A stretch of DNA of 63,683 nucleotides, filler included, from Anaerolineae bacterium (GTDB taxonomy: Bacteria > Chloroflexota > Anaerolineae > Epilineales > Epilineaceae), in NCBI GenBank assembly GCA_029262755.1. It is 6 parts of 6 records of this genome, joined end to end, with 100 filler letters (N's around TTAATTAATTAA, not from the genome) between each part and the next. Parts side by side here need not be neighbours in the genome. Positions count along the whole stretch, not along the records: positions 1 to 13,120 come from JAJCYU010000322.1; positions 13,221 to 33,200 come from JAJCYU010000323.1; 4 more parts are not named here. One strand, written 5' to 3'. Under the pieces are notes generated by a model, which did not search any database, had not been told where the DNA came from, and worked only from the letters and a program-made list of their open reading frames with translations. Shown one piece after another: positions 9,149-21,200 of the stretch. A program made the position numbers and the translations under genes. Within the stretch, counting starts at the first letter, position 1. Every line of letters starts with the position of its first letter.

Positions 9149-11186
9149 GCGCCGGCCGCTGCTTGGCCGGCGGCGCATCGGCCGGCGTCGGTGCGCGTGC
9201 GGCCGCTCCCGTGCCGCCGACGAGCGCGTCCCGTCCCGCAATCGGCATGTACGCGCAACTACCATCGCTCCGGCTCGTCCACGGGGTCGGGGGCGTCGTG
9301 CTCGCGAGTAGCGCGGGCGCTTGGCGGGGTTGCATGGCCTGCTCGTAGGCGAAGGCGAGGCGCAGGAGCGTGGGCTCGCTCCAGGCGGGGCCGAGGAAGG
9401 AGATCGCGACCGGCAGGCCGTGGATGTAGGTCAGCGGCAGGGTGATGTGGGGGTAGCCGGACGAGGCGGAGAGGCCGCCTGACCAGGGGCCACGGCCGGC
9501 TTCGCCGTAGACCAGGTCCAGTGCGGCGGCGGGGCCGCCCATCGGGGCCACGATCGCATCGAGGCCCGTGTCGTTGAAGGCCGCGTCGAGGCCTTCGTCG
9601 CGGGATAAGCGCTGTACTTGAGCCAGGGTGTCGAGGTAGTCCTGGCCGGAGAGAGGGCCCTTGGCTTCCGCTGCAAGGAAGACTTCCTGGCCGAAGTAGC
9701 GCAGCTCCTCGTCGGCGTTGGCTTCGTTGAAGGCGATGAGGTCGGCCAGCGTCTTGTGCGGCGTGGCGTCGCCGAGGCCTTCGAGGTAGGTGGCGATCAA
9801 CGCCTTGAACTCCCAGAGCATGACCTGGTAGGCCGGCCCGCCGACGCTACGGCGGTTCGGCAGCGCGACGTCGTCGACGATGGTTGCGCCGCTGCGCTCC
9901 ATCTCGACGATGGCGGTTTCCATCGCGTCATCTTGCGCGGCGAAGGAACCGAAGAGCTCGCGCGCCACGCCGATCGTGGCGCCGCGCAAGCCCTCGGGAT
10001 CGAGGAATTGCGTGTAGTCGGTGTGCGCGTGCTCGGCGCCGGCGGCCGTCTTGGCGTCGGCCGGGTCGACGCCGGTCATGCCGCCAAGCAGGATCGCCGC
10101 GTCGCGCACGCTGCGCGCCATGGGACCGGCGGTGTCGAAGGCATCGGCGATGGGGACGATGCCGCTGCGGCTGATCAGGCCGACCGTGGGCTTGATGCCC
10201 ACCAGCCCGCAACGGCTGGCCGGCGAGACGATCGAGCCGCTTGTCTCGGTGCCCACCGCGGCGGCGCAGAGGCTGGCGGCGGCTGCGGCCGCGGAGCCGG
10301 AGCTGGAGCCCGATGCGGTGCGGTCGAGGCTGTAGGGGTTCTTGACCAGCCCGCCGCGCGCGCTCCAGCCGCTGGACGAGTTGAAGCCGCGGAAGTTGGC
10401 CCACTCGCTGAGGTTCGCCTTGCCCAGGATCACGGCGCCCGCCGCGCGCAGGCGGCCGACGACGTGGCTGTCGGCGGCCGGACGCGCGCCGACCAGCGCC
10501 AGCGAGCCGGCGGTTGTCTCCATCCGGTCCGCCGTGCCGATGTTGTCCTTCACGAGCACCGGGACGCCGTGCAGCGGGCCGAGCCCCTGCGGCCCCGCCT
10601 CCGCGCGTTCCCGGTCGCGTTCCGCCGCGATCGACAGGGCATCCGGGTTGGTCTCGATCACGGAGCCGAGCCGCGGGCCCGCGGCGTCGACGGCCGCGAT
10701 CTTGTCCAGGTAGGCCTGCGTCGCTTCGACCGCCGACAGCGTGCCGTCGGCCATCCGGGCGCTAAGGTCCGCGATCGCGACCTCGTCGAGGGGGTGGGCG
10801 GCGATCGATGCGTGGGCGCCGGCAGCGTCGGCGTTGGTCGGGGAGGCCTTCACGCGCGCAGGCTCCGTGGATCCGGCCCGCCCCGCGGCGCCAAGGGCCG
10901 CCGCGCCGACCGCGGCCGAAGCCGATGTACCCAGGAAGGCGCGTCGGGACAGCCCGTCGCTCGGACCCGATGGAGCAGCTGACCCGCGCGCTTCGCTCGA
11001 CTCATGCGGCTCGCCCGCTGCGCCGGTCTCGTTCGATGCGCCGGCTGCGTTCGAAGCATCGGTTGCGCTTGCCGCGGTCGTGCCCGCAGCGTCGGTCGCG
11101 CCGCTGTCGCTCGCATCGATCCCGCTCGCATCGATCCCGCGTCCATCGCGATCCACGTCGCCCCTGGCGTCATCGTCCGCTCCCAT
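9129..11186 (-). CDS. Amidase-signature family enzyme with twin-arginine motif
   Basis: VKDN Lys, SGSSSGS and GTETSGSI catalytic motifs; SRRAFLG Tat motif; AAGGAG SD upstream of the ATG. Confidence 0.93.
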   Translation of the reverse strand: MGADDDARGDVDRDGRGIDASGIDASDSGATDAAGTTAASATDASNAAGASNETGAAGEPHESSEARGSAAPSGPSDGLSRRAFLGTSASAAVGAAALGAAGRAGSTEPARVKASPTNADAAGAHASIAAHPLDEVAIADLSARMADGTLSAVEATQAYLDKIAAVDAAGPRLGSVIETNPDALSIAAERDRERAEAGPQGLGPLHGVPVLVKDNIGTADRMETTAGSLALVGARPAADSHVVGRLRAAGAVILGKANLSEWANFRGFNSSSGWSARGGLVKNPYSLDRTASGSSSGSAAAAAASLCAAAVGTETSGSIVSPASRCGLVGIKPTVGLISRSGIVPIADAFDTAGPMARSVRDAAILLGGMTGVDPADAKTAAGAEHAHTDYTQFLDPEGLRGATIGVARELFGSFAAQDDAMETAIVEMERSGATIVDDVALPNRRSVGGPAYQVMLWEFKALIATYLEGLGDATPHKTLADLIAFNEANADEELRYFGQEVFLAAEAKGPLSGQDYLDTLAQVQRLSRDEGLDAAFNDTGLDAIVAPMGGPAAALDLVYGEAGRGPWSGGLSASSGYPHITLPLTYIHGLPVAISFLGPAWSEPTLLRLAFAYEQAMQPRQAPALLASTTPPTPWTSRSDGSCAYMPIAGRDALVGGTGAAARAPTPADAPPAKQRPARWEDRH

Positions 11187-11553
11187 GTTCAGCTCCTTGC
11201 GCGCGACCGGTCATCCCGATCGCCAAGCGGCCCCACCAGCCGAACGTCATCTCGCAAATGGCTTCTGCCCGTGGGTCCGCAGCGTACGGTCGAGCCCTTC
11301 ATACCCCAGCGACGAACGCCGGTCCAACCGTGCTCGCGCCGCGCACGGCCGTGCCGCGGTGGTCGATGCGTGCGAAGCGACTCTGGCACCCAGTAGCGGG
11401 TCGCAGGCAGCAACTGCGTGTCGCGACGCCGTCGCGAGCGTGGCGCGCGCCCCCTCACGGTGCGGGCACGGGGCCGGGTAGCCTCCCTACACGCCGCCGT
11501 TGCCCTCCCGGAACCGACCGGGTCGGGCGCGGCCGCAGCGAGGGAGAGGGACC

Positions 11554-13120
11554 ATGGTAGGAAGTCGGTGGATGGTCGGAGGGCTGGCGTGCGCGATGGC
11601 GTTCGTCGTGGCCGTTGGGAACGGGGCGTCGGCACAAGCGACGCGGTCGGCGCAGGGGGAGATCGTGATCCTAGAGGTGCAGTACGACCCCGCACCCAGC
11701 GGTAGCGAGAGCGCGTTCGAGTGGGTCGAGCTCCACAATCCCGGGGGCGAGTCCATCTCGCTTGCCGGGTGGACGATCTCCGACAACCGTGCCGAGGATC
11801 CGCTGCCCGAGCTTGCGGTTGCGCCCGGCGGCTACTTGATCGTGGCCGGACCGCGTTTCGCAGAGCTGTACCCGTCCTACGACGGGCCTCTCGCGACGTT
11901 GTCCACCATCGGCAACGGGCTGGGCAACGGCGGCGACCGGCTGCGACTGCGCGACGGAACGGGTCGCGAGGTGGATGCGATGAGCTACGGCGATGACGCC
12001 GACGCCTTCGATCCGCCCGCGCCGCTCGTGGCCGCGGGACACAGTCTGGAGCGGGCATCCGCGGGAGGCGACACGGACACGGCGGCCGACTGGGTGGAAC
12101 GGGAACATCCCTCGCCGGGAGCACACGGCGAAGGCGACGGACCGTCCGCCCCGCCGGCCACCGCGCCCCCGGAGGGAACGTCGCCCGCGCCGAGCGCCGA
12201 GCCGGCCACGCCTACGGTGGGCGCGGTCGGGACCCCAGTGCCGGAGGGGGTGGTGCGCATCAACGAGCACCTGCCCGCGCCCTCCGACATCGACTGGGAC
12301 GGCGACGGCGAGGCGACGTCTCGGGACGAGTGGATCGAGCTGTACAACGCCGGCCCCAACCCCATCGACCTTCGTGGGTGGCAGGTGGACGACGTGGCCG
12401 ACGGCGGCAGCTCGCCCTACGTCCTGCCGGATGGCGCCGTGATCGCCGCCCGCGGACGCCTGCTCCTGTTTCGATCAGCCACCGGCATCGCGCTGAACAA
12501 CGGCGGCGACGCGGTGCGGCTCATCCGGCCCGACGGCCTGGAGGTCGATCGCCACGAGTACGACACGGCCGGTCGCGACGCAAGCTGGGCGCGCGTCACG
12601 GACGGTGCGACAGCCTGGGTCGATGACCTCCCTCCCTCGCCCGGCGCTCCCAACGGCGGCGCAGCGGTCGACGGGACGGCAACCCCGCCCGCCCCGCCCG
12701 CCACGCCCGACCCCGGCGCGAGCGCGACGCCGCCCGTCGCGTCGCCGAGCGCTACCGCGCCGCCCCCGCCTCCCGGTGGCACGACGCCCGGTCCGGGCGT
12801 GACCCCGCCCGTGCCGACCCCGTCGCCGGACGCCGGCGGGCCGCCGCGCGGCGCGGTCTTCCTGCCGCTGCTGCTCAGCGAGGTGCTCTACGACGCCGCG
12901 GAGGATGGCAACGACGCGGCCCAAGAATGGGTCGAGATACACAACCCGGGCACGAGGCCGGTCTCGCTCACCGGCTGGGCCGTGGGCGACCGACGCACGT
13001 GGGATGCGTTGGGCGATGCGGTCGTGCCGCCGCGCGGCTTCGTCGTCATCGCGGCGAGCGAGGGGCTCTCGCGCACGCTCGGCGCTGGGACGGGGCGCGT
13101 GGGTGGGGCGCGGATCGCGG
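11554..13120 (+). CDS. Secreted lamin-tail-domain repeat protein (partial, runs off contig)
   Basis: Signal peptide; three LTD units (EWVELHN...LAGW, EWIELYN...LRGW, EWVEIHN...LTGW) joined by Pro/Thr linkers. Confidence 0.88.
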
Positions 13121-13220
13121 NNNNNNNNNNNNNNNNNNNNNNNNNNNNNNNNNNNNNNNNNNNNTTAATTAATTAANNNNNNNNNNNNNNNNNNNNNNNN
13201 NNNNNNNNNNNNNNNNNNNN
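13121..13220. other. Artificial contig spacer
   Basis: N44-TTAATTAATTAA-N44 (stops in all six frames). Confidence 0.99.
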
Positions 13221-13505
13221 TCGCCGTCGGAGGGCGCGGCGTGTCCGTCGCCGTCGGCGGGCGCGGCGTAGCCGTCGCCGTCGGCGGGCGCGGCGTGTCC
13301 GTCGCCGTCGGCGGGCGCGGTGTGTCCGTCGCCGTCGGCGGGCGCGGTGTGTCCGTCGCCGTCGGCGGGCGCGGTGTGTTCGTCGCGGTCGGCGGGACCG
13401 GCGTGTTCGTCGCGGTCGGTGGGACCGGCGTGTTCGTCGCGGTCGGCGGGACCGGTGTGTTCGTTGCGGTCGGCGGAACCGGCGTGTTCGTCGCGGTCGG
13501 CGGCG
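13221..13505 (-). repeat. 27-bp coding tandem repeat (PPTATNTPV / PPTATDTPR), at least 10 units
   Basis: Directly visible in DNA and protein; the contig breaks inside it. Confidence 0.95.
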
Positions 13506-16155
13506 ACGTGGGTGTCGGCGTCGCGATGCAGGCGCAGTCGTTGATCCATACCTCGTCGGGTGCGGCGCACATGCCGTCGGTGGCCAAGTAGACGTCGGGC
13601 GCCAGCGCACCGTCGCCGTTGATGTCGCCGATGGCGAGATCCTGGCTGTCGGCGCTGCCGAGCCGCGTACCGCTGTCGACCACGCGCAGGCCGCCCGGCG
13701 TGCGCGTGATCAACCAGATCGCAGCGCCGCGCTGGACGGGGCAGGCCGCGTCTGCGGGGCGAGGCCGCAGGTGACGTACGCCGGAGGTGAGCGCATCGAA
13801 GCCGCCGTCGCAGTCGAAGTCGGCCAGCCGCACGCCCGTGCTGTTGTCGTTGCCGAAGGTCGGGCCTTCGTCGAACTGCCCGTTGCCGCGGTTGAGCCAG
13901 ATTACGTCCGGCGCGCCGGAGAGGTCCCCGTTGGCGGCGTACGCATCGAGGTCGCCGTCCAGGTCGAAGTCGGACAGCGCAACGCCGAAGGTGTAGCGCT
14001 GTGCCAAGCCGGGCGAGGCGGGTTGATCGCCGGGCTGGCTCTGATAGTGGAAGGCGCCCTGCCCGTCGTTGAGCCACGCCGTGTTGCCGGTGAAGCCGGG
14101 CTCGGCCTCGGCGTTGCCCACGAACGCGTCGAGGTCGCCGTCCCCGTCCAGGTCGCCCAAGGCAACATCTTCGCTGTTGGGCGCGAGGCCGCTTGGGTGC
14201 TCGAAGCCAAGGCCGACCCGCCCCGGAACGTCGTTAGGTTGGGCGATGGCGCTCATCGTTCCCGTGCCGTCATTGCGCCACACGAGGTTCAGCTCCGTGT
14301 TGGCCACGAACACGTCCAGGTCGCCGTCGCCGTCTAGATCGCCCAGCTCGGCGGTGTTGCCACGCTTGCCGCCGAGACGCTGGCCCGAATCGCGGAAGCC
14401 GAGACCGTTGCGGCCGCCTTCGTTGAGCCAGACGCGATCCGGGGCCCCTTGGCGGTTGGTGACGCGCTCGACCACGAAGACATCGGGGAAGCCGTCGCCG
14501 TCTAGATCGCCTACCGCGACGCCGCGAACGTCGTTGGTGCCCATACGGATGCCGGTGTCGACGAAAGCGCCCGCGTCGTTGCGCAACACGCGGGCCCGGT
14601 GCTGCGAGGTGAAGTCGGGCGCGCTGACCACGACCGCGTCCTCGTCCCCGTCCCGGTCGAGATCCGCGAGCACGACGCCGCGCGAGAGCGGCGCCGGCGA
14701 GCGCTCGGGCGCACCGAGGTTGCGCTGGCCGTTGCTCGTCATCCGGCCGCTACCGTCGTTGAGCCACGCTTCGTCCGGCTCGTCGCCCTCGACGAAGCGG
14801 CACACACCGTCCGGCGCGCCGCCGTAATTGGCCAGCCAGGCGTCCAGATCGCCGTCGCCGTCTACGTCGGCCACCGCGGCGCCCCACGAGTTACCCGCGC
14901 CCAGCTGCTGTCCGGTGTCTGAAAAGGCCACGTTGCCGCGGCCACTCGAGTCGTTGCGCCACACCGTGTTGGCTTCGCCGCAGAAACTGGAGTGCCCGAC
15001 GACCGCATCGAGGTCGCCGTCGCCGTCCAGATCGCCGAGATCGATCGCAAAGCTGTACTTGAGCGGGAACTCGATGCCGCTGCTCTCGAAGCTTCCCGTG
15101 CCATCGTTGAGCAGCACGTGGTTGCGGCGTTCAACGTCTTGGATGCCGGCGTTGACCGTGAACGCATCGAGGTCGCCGTCGCCGTCCAGATCGCCCAACG
15201 CCACGTCGCGGGTGTTGGGAAAGAGCTTGTCGCTACCGTCCTTACCCCACGGCACCCACACACCGACTACCTGACCGCGATCGACGAAGCGCCCGTCGCC
15301 CTCGTTGTGATAGACCTTGTTGTAGCCGGTGTTCGCCACGAACGCGTCCAGATCACCGTCGCCGTCAACATCACCTACGGCCACGTCGTTGCTGCGCCGC
15401 GAACCGAGGCGCTGTCCGGTATCCGTGAATCCGCCCGCGCCGTCGCCCAGCCAAACGCGGTTCGCCGCGCCCTCGCCCTGACCCGGCAGCGTCACGTGCC
15501 GGTTGTTGACCACGAATGCATCCAGGATCCCGTCGCCGTCCAGATCGCGCAGCGCGACGCCGCGGCTGTCCTGATCGCCGAAGGCCGTGCCCGCCCGAAA
15601 GGCGCCGGCGCCGTCGTTGAGCCACACCTGGTTGGGCGCACCTACCGCGCGATCGGGTGCAAATAGGCGCACGAAGGTGCGCAGGTTCGTGTCGTAGCCG
15701 CCATTGGCGATCACGGCATCGAGATCGCCGTCGCCGTCCACGTCGCCAAGCGCAACGTCCCAACTGTTCGCGCTGCCGAGACGCTGGCCGCTGTCGGTGA
15801 AGGTGCCGTCGCCCTTGCCAAACCACACTTCGTTGCCGCCGCGACACATGGGGCAGTCCGCCACATGGGACACGACCGCATCCGGGTGACCATCGCCGTT
15901 GACGTCCCCGAAGACCACGCCGACACCTTTGCTTCCGACGCCACGCAGATCCGACCCTTGGTCGTTGCCGGCCACGAAGGAGGGGCAGCCACTGCGTTGG
16001 GCCGGCGCGGCGGCCTGCGGTGCCGCCGCCAGCTCACGCGACGGGGAGCCACCGAACGCGCCGAATACCGCTGCTGCGATCCCGAGGGACAGCATCCAGG
16101 CCCAACGGCCCGAGGCGTACGGCGCATGGATTTGATGGCTTGTGGCGTGGCTCAT
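13221..16155 (-). CDS. Secreted FG-GAP/VCBS-repeat beta-propeller protein with Pro/Thr tail (3' partial)
   Basis: Many GD(L/V)DGDGDLD repeats, signal peptide; likely start MSHATS at 16155 with GGAG upstream. Confidence 0.9.
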
Positions 16156-16331
16156 GAAGGTCTCCGTCGGCCCCGCACACGAAGCGCGCACGGGCAGTTG
16201 CGCATCCGAATCATGACACGCGTACCGCGTTCGAGTTACACGTGGCCGCCTTCGAGGGGTCACGTACGTGATTCGGCTGGGTAGCACCACCGGTGACGTT
16301 CAGCGGCGCCTTTCGTTTCATCGATGGAGGC

Positions 16332-18281
16332 CTACGGGTCGCCACCGGGATAGATCCAGGCGACCTCGACGCCCTCTACCAATGCGACGAAGGTGGGCGT
16401 ACGAACGCCGTAGTAGCGGGAAACCACGTCGGGCTGCCCGATCTGGGCGTCGTCGACGGTAAGGACGACGAAATCGGCCGTCGCCCAGTCACGCGCCTTT
16501 CGCGTCTCGCCTACGAAACCCGGGCCGATCAAGGTCATGGCCGGCGTCGCGACGCGCAGCGACGCCGCGTTCGGCTGTGCGTTCAGCCACGCCACGGCTC
16601 GCTCGCTGCCCTCGCCCCAGCCGATGGGCAGCCAGCGGCTCGCGTTACGGGCACCGCCAAGGTGCGGGGCGAAGCGTGTGAGGTAATAGGGCTGCGCCGT
16701 CAGCGACCAAACGGCCTGTATGGCCACCGCGACCCCAAGTACACCCATCGCCCACGTCCCTGCCTGTCGCTGACGAGCCCGCGCCGCCAAAGGATCGCTG
16801 AGGCCGCCTGTCGCCGGCGCGCTCTCGCCATCGCCCTCTTCCTCCTCTCGGCCTCCACCGTTTATGCGACCTTCTCGCCAACGACCCTCCGCTGCGCGTA
16901 GCGCCAGCGCCGCGAGACCGGAAGCGGCGGCGACATCCAATGCCACGAGCGCCGGAAGGGAGTAGCGGGTGAACTTCTTCGCACTCTGGCCCATCGCCAA
17001 CACGAAGAGCAGCGCGAACAGCAAGAGGATCGGGCCCGTGATACGGCCGCCGCGCAGCATCACAGGTGCGAGCAACACGAGCGCGACAAGGCCGATGGCC
17101 ACCAGCGGCGTCATGCGAAACGCGAGCGCGGTGAGATAGAAGACGATCCCGGGATCTGGTTGCACGGCGCCGGCGAAGAACACGGCTTCCCGTGCTCCGC
17201 CTGCTGCGTCCAACGCATACCCGAGCATGCGCCCGCCCGTCCCGAGGGGATCCACCCACATCGCGGGCCATGCGAGGCCGTAGCTGAGCGCGGCCGCTAG
17301 CAGCCAGCCCGCGCCGTCACGTACCGCGCGCACGATGGAACGGCCGGATAGACCCTCGCGGGCCAGGATCAGGCCGAAGATCAGCAGTAGCGCAAAGGGC
17401 GCCGCAAACAACCCAGGCGACTTCTCGAGCATCGCCAACCCGCCCAGCGCACCGCCCGTGAACAACCAGAATCGGCCATCGCCATGCAAGTCGCGCAGCG
17501 TCGCTACAACGCTTGCCACCAGCAGCAGGCTGAGCACGGCGTCCAAATGCAGCACGCGCGAGTGGGCGAGCAACCACGGATCGAAGGCCAACAGCATCCC
17601 CGCCAACAGCGCCGTCCACGGCCCCACAAGGCCGATGAGCAGCCATGCGATCCACGCGATCAACGCGGCGCATACGACCGCGATCGCACGCCTTCCAACG
17701 CCGAGCCACGGCAGCACCTGCCGCAGCAACGTCACGTCGTCCTCGTCGAATTCGGGCAACGCATCGACGAAGGCAAGCGAACGCGTCGGCGTACGTCCGT
17801 GGACGAGATAGGGAGTGTCGGCATGGATGGCGTCCGTGTCCGGACGCGATCCGTCCGCCGAATCGCCCGACCCGCTACCCGCTCCGTTGCCGTCGCTGGG
17901 AACCTCTACCCCACCGTCGGCAACCCCGACCTGACCGTCGGCCTCGGCCGAACCGTCTCCCTCTTCCGGCAACGCCAGCCGCTTCACCGTGATGCCTGCC
18001 GTCGCGGCCCACATCGTGACCACACCGGGGTGCGGGCTCTGCCACGTGTCCTCGAAGGCGCCGGTCTCCAACGCGCGGGCAAAGCGTAGGCTGCGGTAGG
18101 TCCACGTCGGCTCGTCCCACGTCAGGAAGGGCGAGGGCGCGAGCCAGCGCGGCAGCAATGCGGCGACTAGGACCAGCAATGGGACGATCCAGGCCCACCC
18201 TCCGCTCACGCGCGGCCCGCGCCGCGCGCGCGGTCGTGGATCGAGGGCCGGCCGATCGGCCCGGCGCACGGTATGGATCAT
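16332..18281 (-). CDS. GT-C (PMT/ArnT-like, GT39-type) membrane glycosyltransferase
   Basis: TWDE loop motif, HPGVVTMW, SRVLHLD, KKFTRY; multiple TM helices; ATGA overlap with the upstream gene. Confidence 0.85.
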   Translation of the reverse strand: MIHTVRRADRPALDPRPRARRGPRVSGGWAWIVPLLVLVAALLPRWLAPSPFLTWDEPTWTYRSLRFARALETGAFEDTWQSPHPGVVTMWAATAGITVKRLALPEEGDGSAEADGQVGVADGGVEVPSDGNGAGSGSGDSADGSRPDTDAIHADTPYLVHGRTPTRSLAFVDALPEFDEDDVTLLRQVLPWLGVGRRAIAVVCAALIAWIAWLLIGLVGPWTALLAGMLLAFDPWLLAHSRVLHLDAVLSLLLVASVVATLRDLHGDGRFWLFTGGALGGLAMLEKSPGLFAAPFALLLIFGLILAREGLSGRSIVRAVRDGAGWLLAAALSYGLAWPAMWVDPLGTGGRMLGYALDAAGGAREAVFFAGAVQPDPGIVFYLTALAFRMTPLVAIGLVALVLLAPVMLRGGRITGPILLLFALLFVLAMGQSAKKFTRYSLPALVALDVAAASGLAALALRAAEGRWREGRINGGGREEEEGDGESAPATGGLSDPLAARARQRQAGTWAMGVLGVAVAIQAVWSLTAQPYYLTRFAPHLGGARNASRWLPIGWGEGSERAVAWLNAQPNAASLRVATPAMTLIGPGFVGETRKARDWATADFVVLTVDDAQIGQPDVVSRYYGVRTPTFVALVEGVEVAWIYPGGDP

Positions 18282-21200
18282 CGGACGCGCACGGACGCTG
18301 CGCGAACGCGGTCGTCCGGAAGCACCACCGCATCGTCACCGCGGACCGGCAGGCGATCGCCCGTTGAGGGATCGTAGAGACCGGTGATCAAGCGCAGCGC
18401 GCCGGAGGGCACGTCCGTGGGCAGCATGAGCGGGATCGTCTGCACCAAGTACTCGCCCTCCAGCCAGGAGCTCGTGGGCCGCTCCGCGTCGCCGGGCGGC
18501 GCGTCCTGCTGCGCGACGATGCGCCCGTCCTGCGCAACGAGATGGACGAAGGCCGTGAGATTGTCCGCCGTCTCCCGGCGTGCATGCCAGATCAACGTGG
18601 CCGTCACGACGTCCCCGGCCGACGCCGTCGCCGGATGCGTCCCCGCGGCGACGAGATCGGCAACGTCGCCGATCTGCGCCGGAGCGGGTAGCGGCTCGGT
18701 GCCGGGTGGCCCGTCTTCGGGAATCGCGAAGTGCCGCCCCGGTCCCGTAATCGGCACGACGAGGTCCGCCCGATCATCGCCCTCCACCGGGCCGAGCACG
18801 CACGCGAAGCGACCGTTGTCGTCGGTCGCACCGTCGTCGGTCGCGCCGCCGTCGTCGGTCGCACCGTCGTCGGTCGCCTCTGCTCCGGCGGCATTCGCCC
18901 CCCCCGCATCCACGTCGATCGGGTCGACGAGCCGAACGAACAGCCGGCTATCCCCCGTGATCGCACGGCCGTCCACCTCAACGTCCACCCACATGCGGTG
19001 CGGCTCGCCGTCCACGAACGTGAAACCGTCCGGCTCCGCAACGAGCGGTGTCAGCGCCGTAGCGATGCTACGCCCGTCCGCGTCCACCCACCGCAGCCAG
19101 ACGTGCGGGTTGTCGATCGTTAGGCCGGTGCTGGCCCGTGTTTCGGAATCGACCTCCTGCGAACACGTGCGCACCGAGGGTCCTGCCTGCGTGTCCCCCG
19201 CGACCTGTCGCCACACCAACCCGACCGAGACCGTCCGGCCACCGACCGCCTCGCCGCCGAGCGTGCCGCCGACCAGCTCCAGGCGGTCGAAGAGCGCGCC
19301 GCTGCGCACGTCGAGTTCCAGCAGGTCGTCGGCCGGGACGAAGGGCGAGCGGCCGACGATGACCGGCACGGTCAATGCGTCGCCGTCAAGCGCGATGGCG
19401 ATGGTGCGCGGCGTCGTTGCAGCGCGCGTATCGGCGTCCGGGTTCCCATCGACGTTCGGGTCCCCATCAACGTCCGGGTTCCCGTCGACGTCCAGGTTCT
19501 CGTCGCCGTCCGAGTCCCCGTCAACGTCCGAGATGACGTCCGTTGCGCCTCCCTCGGCGGTCGCCACGTCACGATCGGCACCGCCCTCCCCCGGCTCACC
19601 GGCTCCACCGGCGGTCGTGGTGGTCGTGGTGGCGGTCGTGGTGGGCAGCGCGAACTCCGCCGTCGACGCGAGCCGGGGCGCGAGCCGCACATCCGCGGCC
19701 GGATCGTAGACGCCGATCAGCAGCGTGTATCGGCCGGGCGGCGTGCCGGGCGGAATCGAGAGGAAGTAGGTGTCGTCCGCGCCGTCGCCGGCGGCCCAAC
19801 GCTCCGTGGGTACAAGCCGCTCGTCGCCGATGCGGCGGTCCTGTTGCGCCCACCGTCTGCCGTCCGGGCCGATCAGGTGCAGGAAGGCCGTGTAGTTGGC
19901 GTCGAGATCGGTCAGAGCCCGCCAGGACAGCGTCACGTCAAGACCGCGCCCCCACTGGATCGGCTCGGAGGAGAGGCGGATGCCGGAGAGGGCCAACCGG
20001 TCGTCGAAGGTCACGTCCAGCGCGCGCACGGGGGCCGTCACGGGCGCGCTGAAGTCGACCTGGGTCGCGCCGGGTGGGCGCTCGTAGCGGGCGACGCGCA
20101 GCTCGGGGAACGCGGCGGTCCACGTCTGGTACGTCCGCACCGCCAGGGCATGATCGGCCTGCTCCAAGCCTGGCCGTGGGATCAGGTCGTCGTAGCGCAC
20201 CCACCACACCCGCGCATGGTCGCGGAAAGCCGCCTCGAGCGTCGTCAGGATCGTCTCGCGGTCCGCGTCCGGCTCGATGCCGATCAGCGGCAACGGCCCG
20301 TCGTAGCGCGCCGCAAAGCCGCTGTCGGCGCGCGTGACGATCGCGTCCGTCGCGGGGTTCGCCCGCTCCGCGATGGCGGCCAGCGCGGGGTCCGCGTTCC
20401 GGTTCTCGTAGAGCAAGCCGTATACAAGGTCGTCGATGCGGGTCACGTGGTCCGGCGCCTGCGCCCCATCCGCAATCCGCGCCTGGACCACGTCCCACCA
20501 GGCCGGCGTGCCCGCGGCAACATTCTCGACGGCCAGCCCGAAGCGCTCGATCAGCTCCGGGTCGAGGTCGCGCTGCAGCTGGTTGAGATAGAAGAAGTAG
20601 TAGTCGACCGTCGCCGGATCGATCTTGTTCATCTCGAGCGCGCTGCCGCGAAAGAGCGGCCCGAAGGCCGACCGGTAGCGTGTCGCGACCTCGAGTGATT
20701 CCGCGTCCGGGCGTTCGTTGAGCCAGAAGGCCGGATCCCCCGTCCCCTCGCCCCAGCCGACGAGTAGCGTGGCCGGTGCTTGGACCTGCCCTCCGGCCAG
20801 CGGGTTGAACCAGGTCAAGAAATAGGGGCGGTGCGACGCCGAGGTGAACGCCAGCGCGCCTGCCAGCACGAGCCATGTGGTCGCGAAGGCCTGGGTTCCG
20901 GCACGATGGGCGGATGAATCGCGGGTGCGACCGCGCGAGACGCCGGCCTCCGAATCGTCCGCTACGTCTGCCGCGATGGTCGCGGCACCGTCCGGCACGT
21001 CGCCCGACCCGCCGCGGATCGCAGCGCTCGCCGCGTCGATCACCGTCTGTCGAGCCGAGCGCGCGTGGAGCCATGCGGCCGCGCCGGCCGCCGCACGCCG
21101 CCAGCCCCAGGCCGCGACGATGAGCAGGGGCGGGATCGCGGGGAGCAGGTAGCGGTCGAACTTCTTGGCGCCGAGGCTCATGAACAGCGCAAAGAAACCC

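Noticed and set aside
13121..13220. TTAATTAATTAA flanked by N-runs, five times in the window
   Set aside because: Artificial contig linker. ORFs ending in '...LIN' and cross-spacer gene neighbourhoods are artefacts.
13221..13505. Possible CRISPR or non-coding repeat array
   Set aside because: Contiguous 27-bp in-frame coding repeats without spacers.
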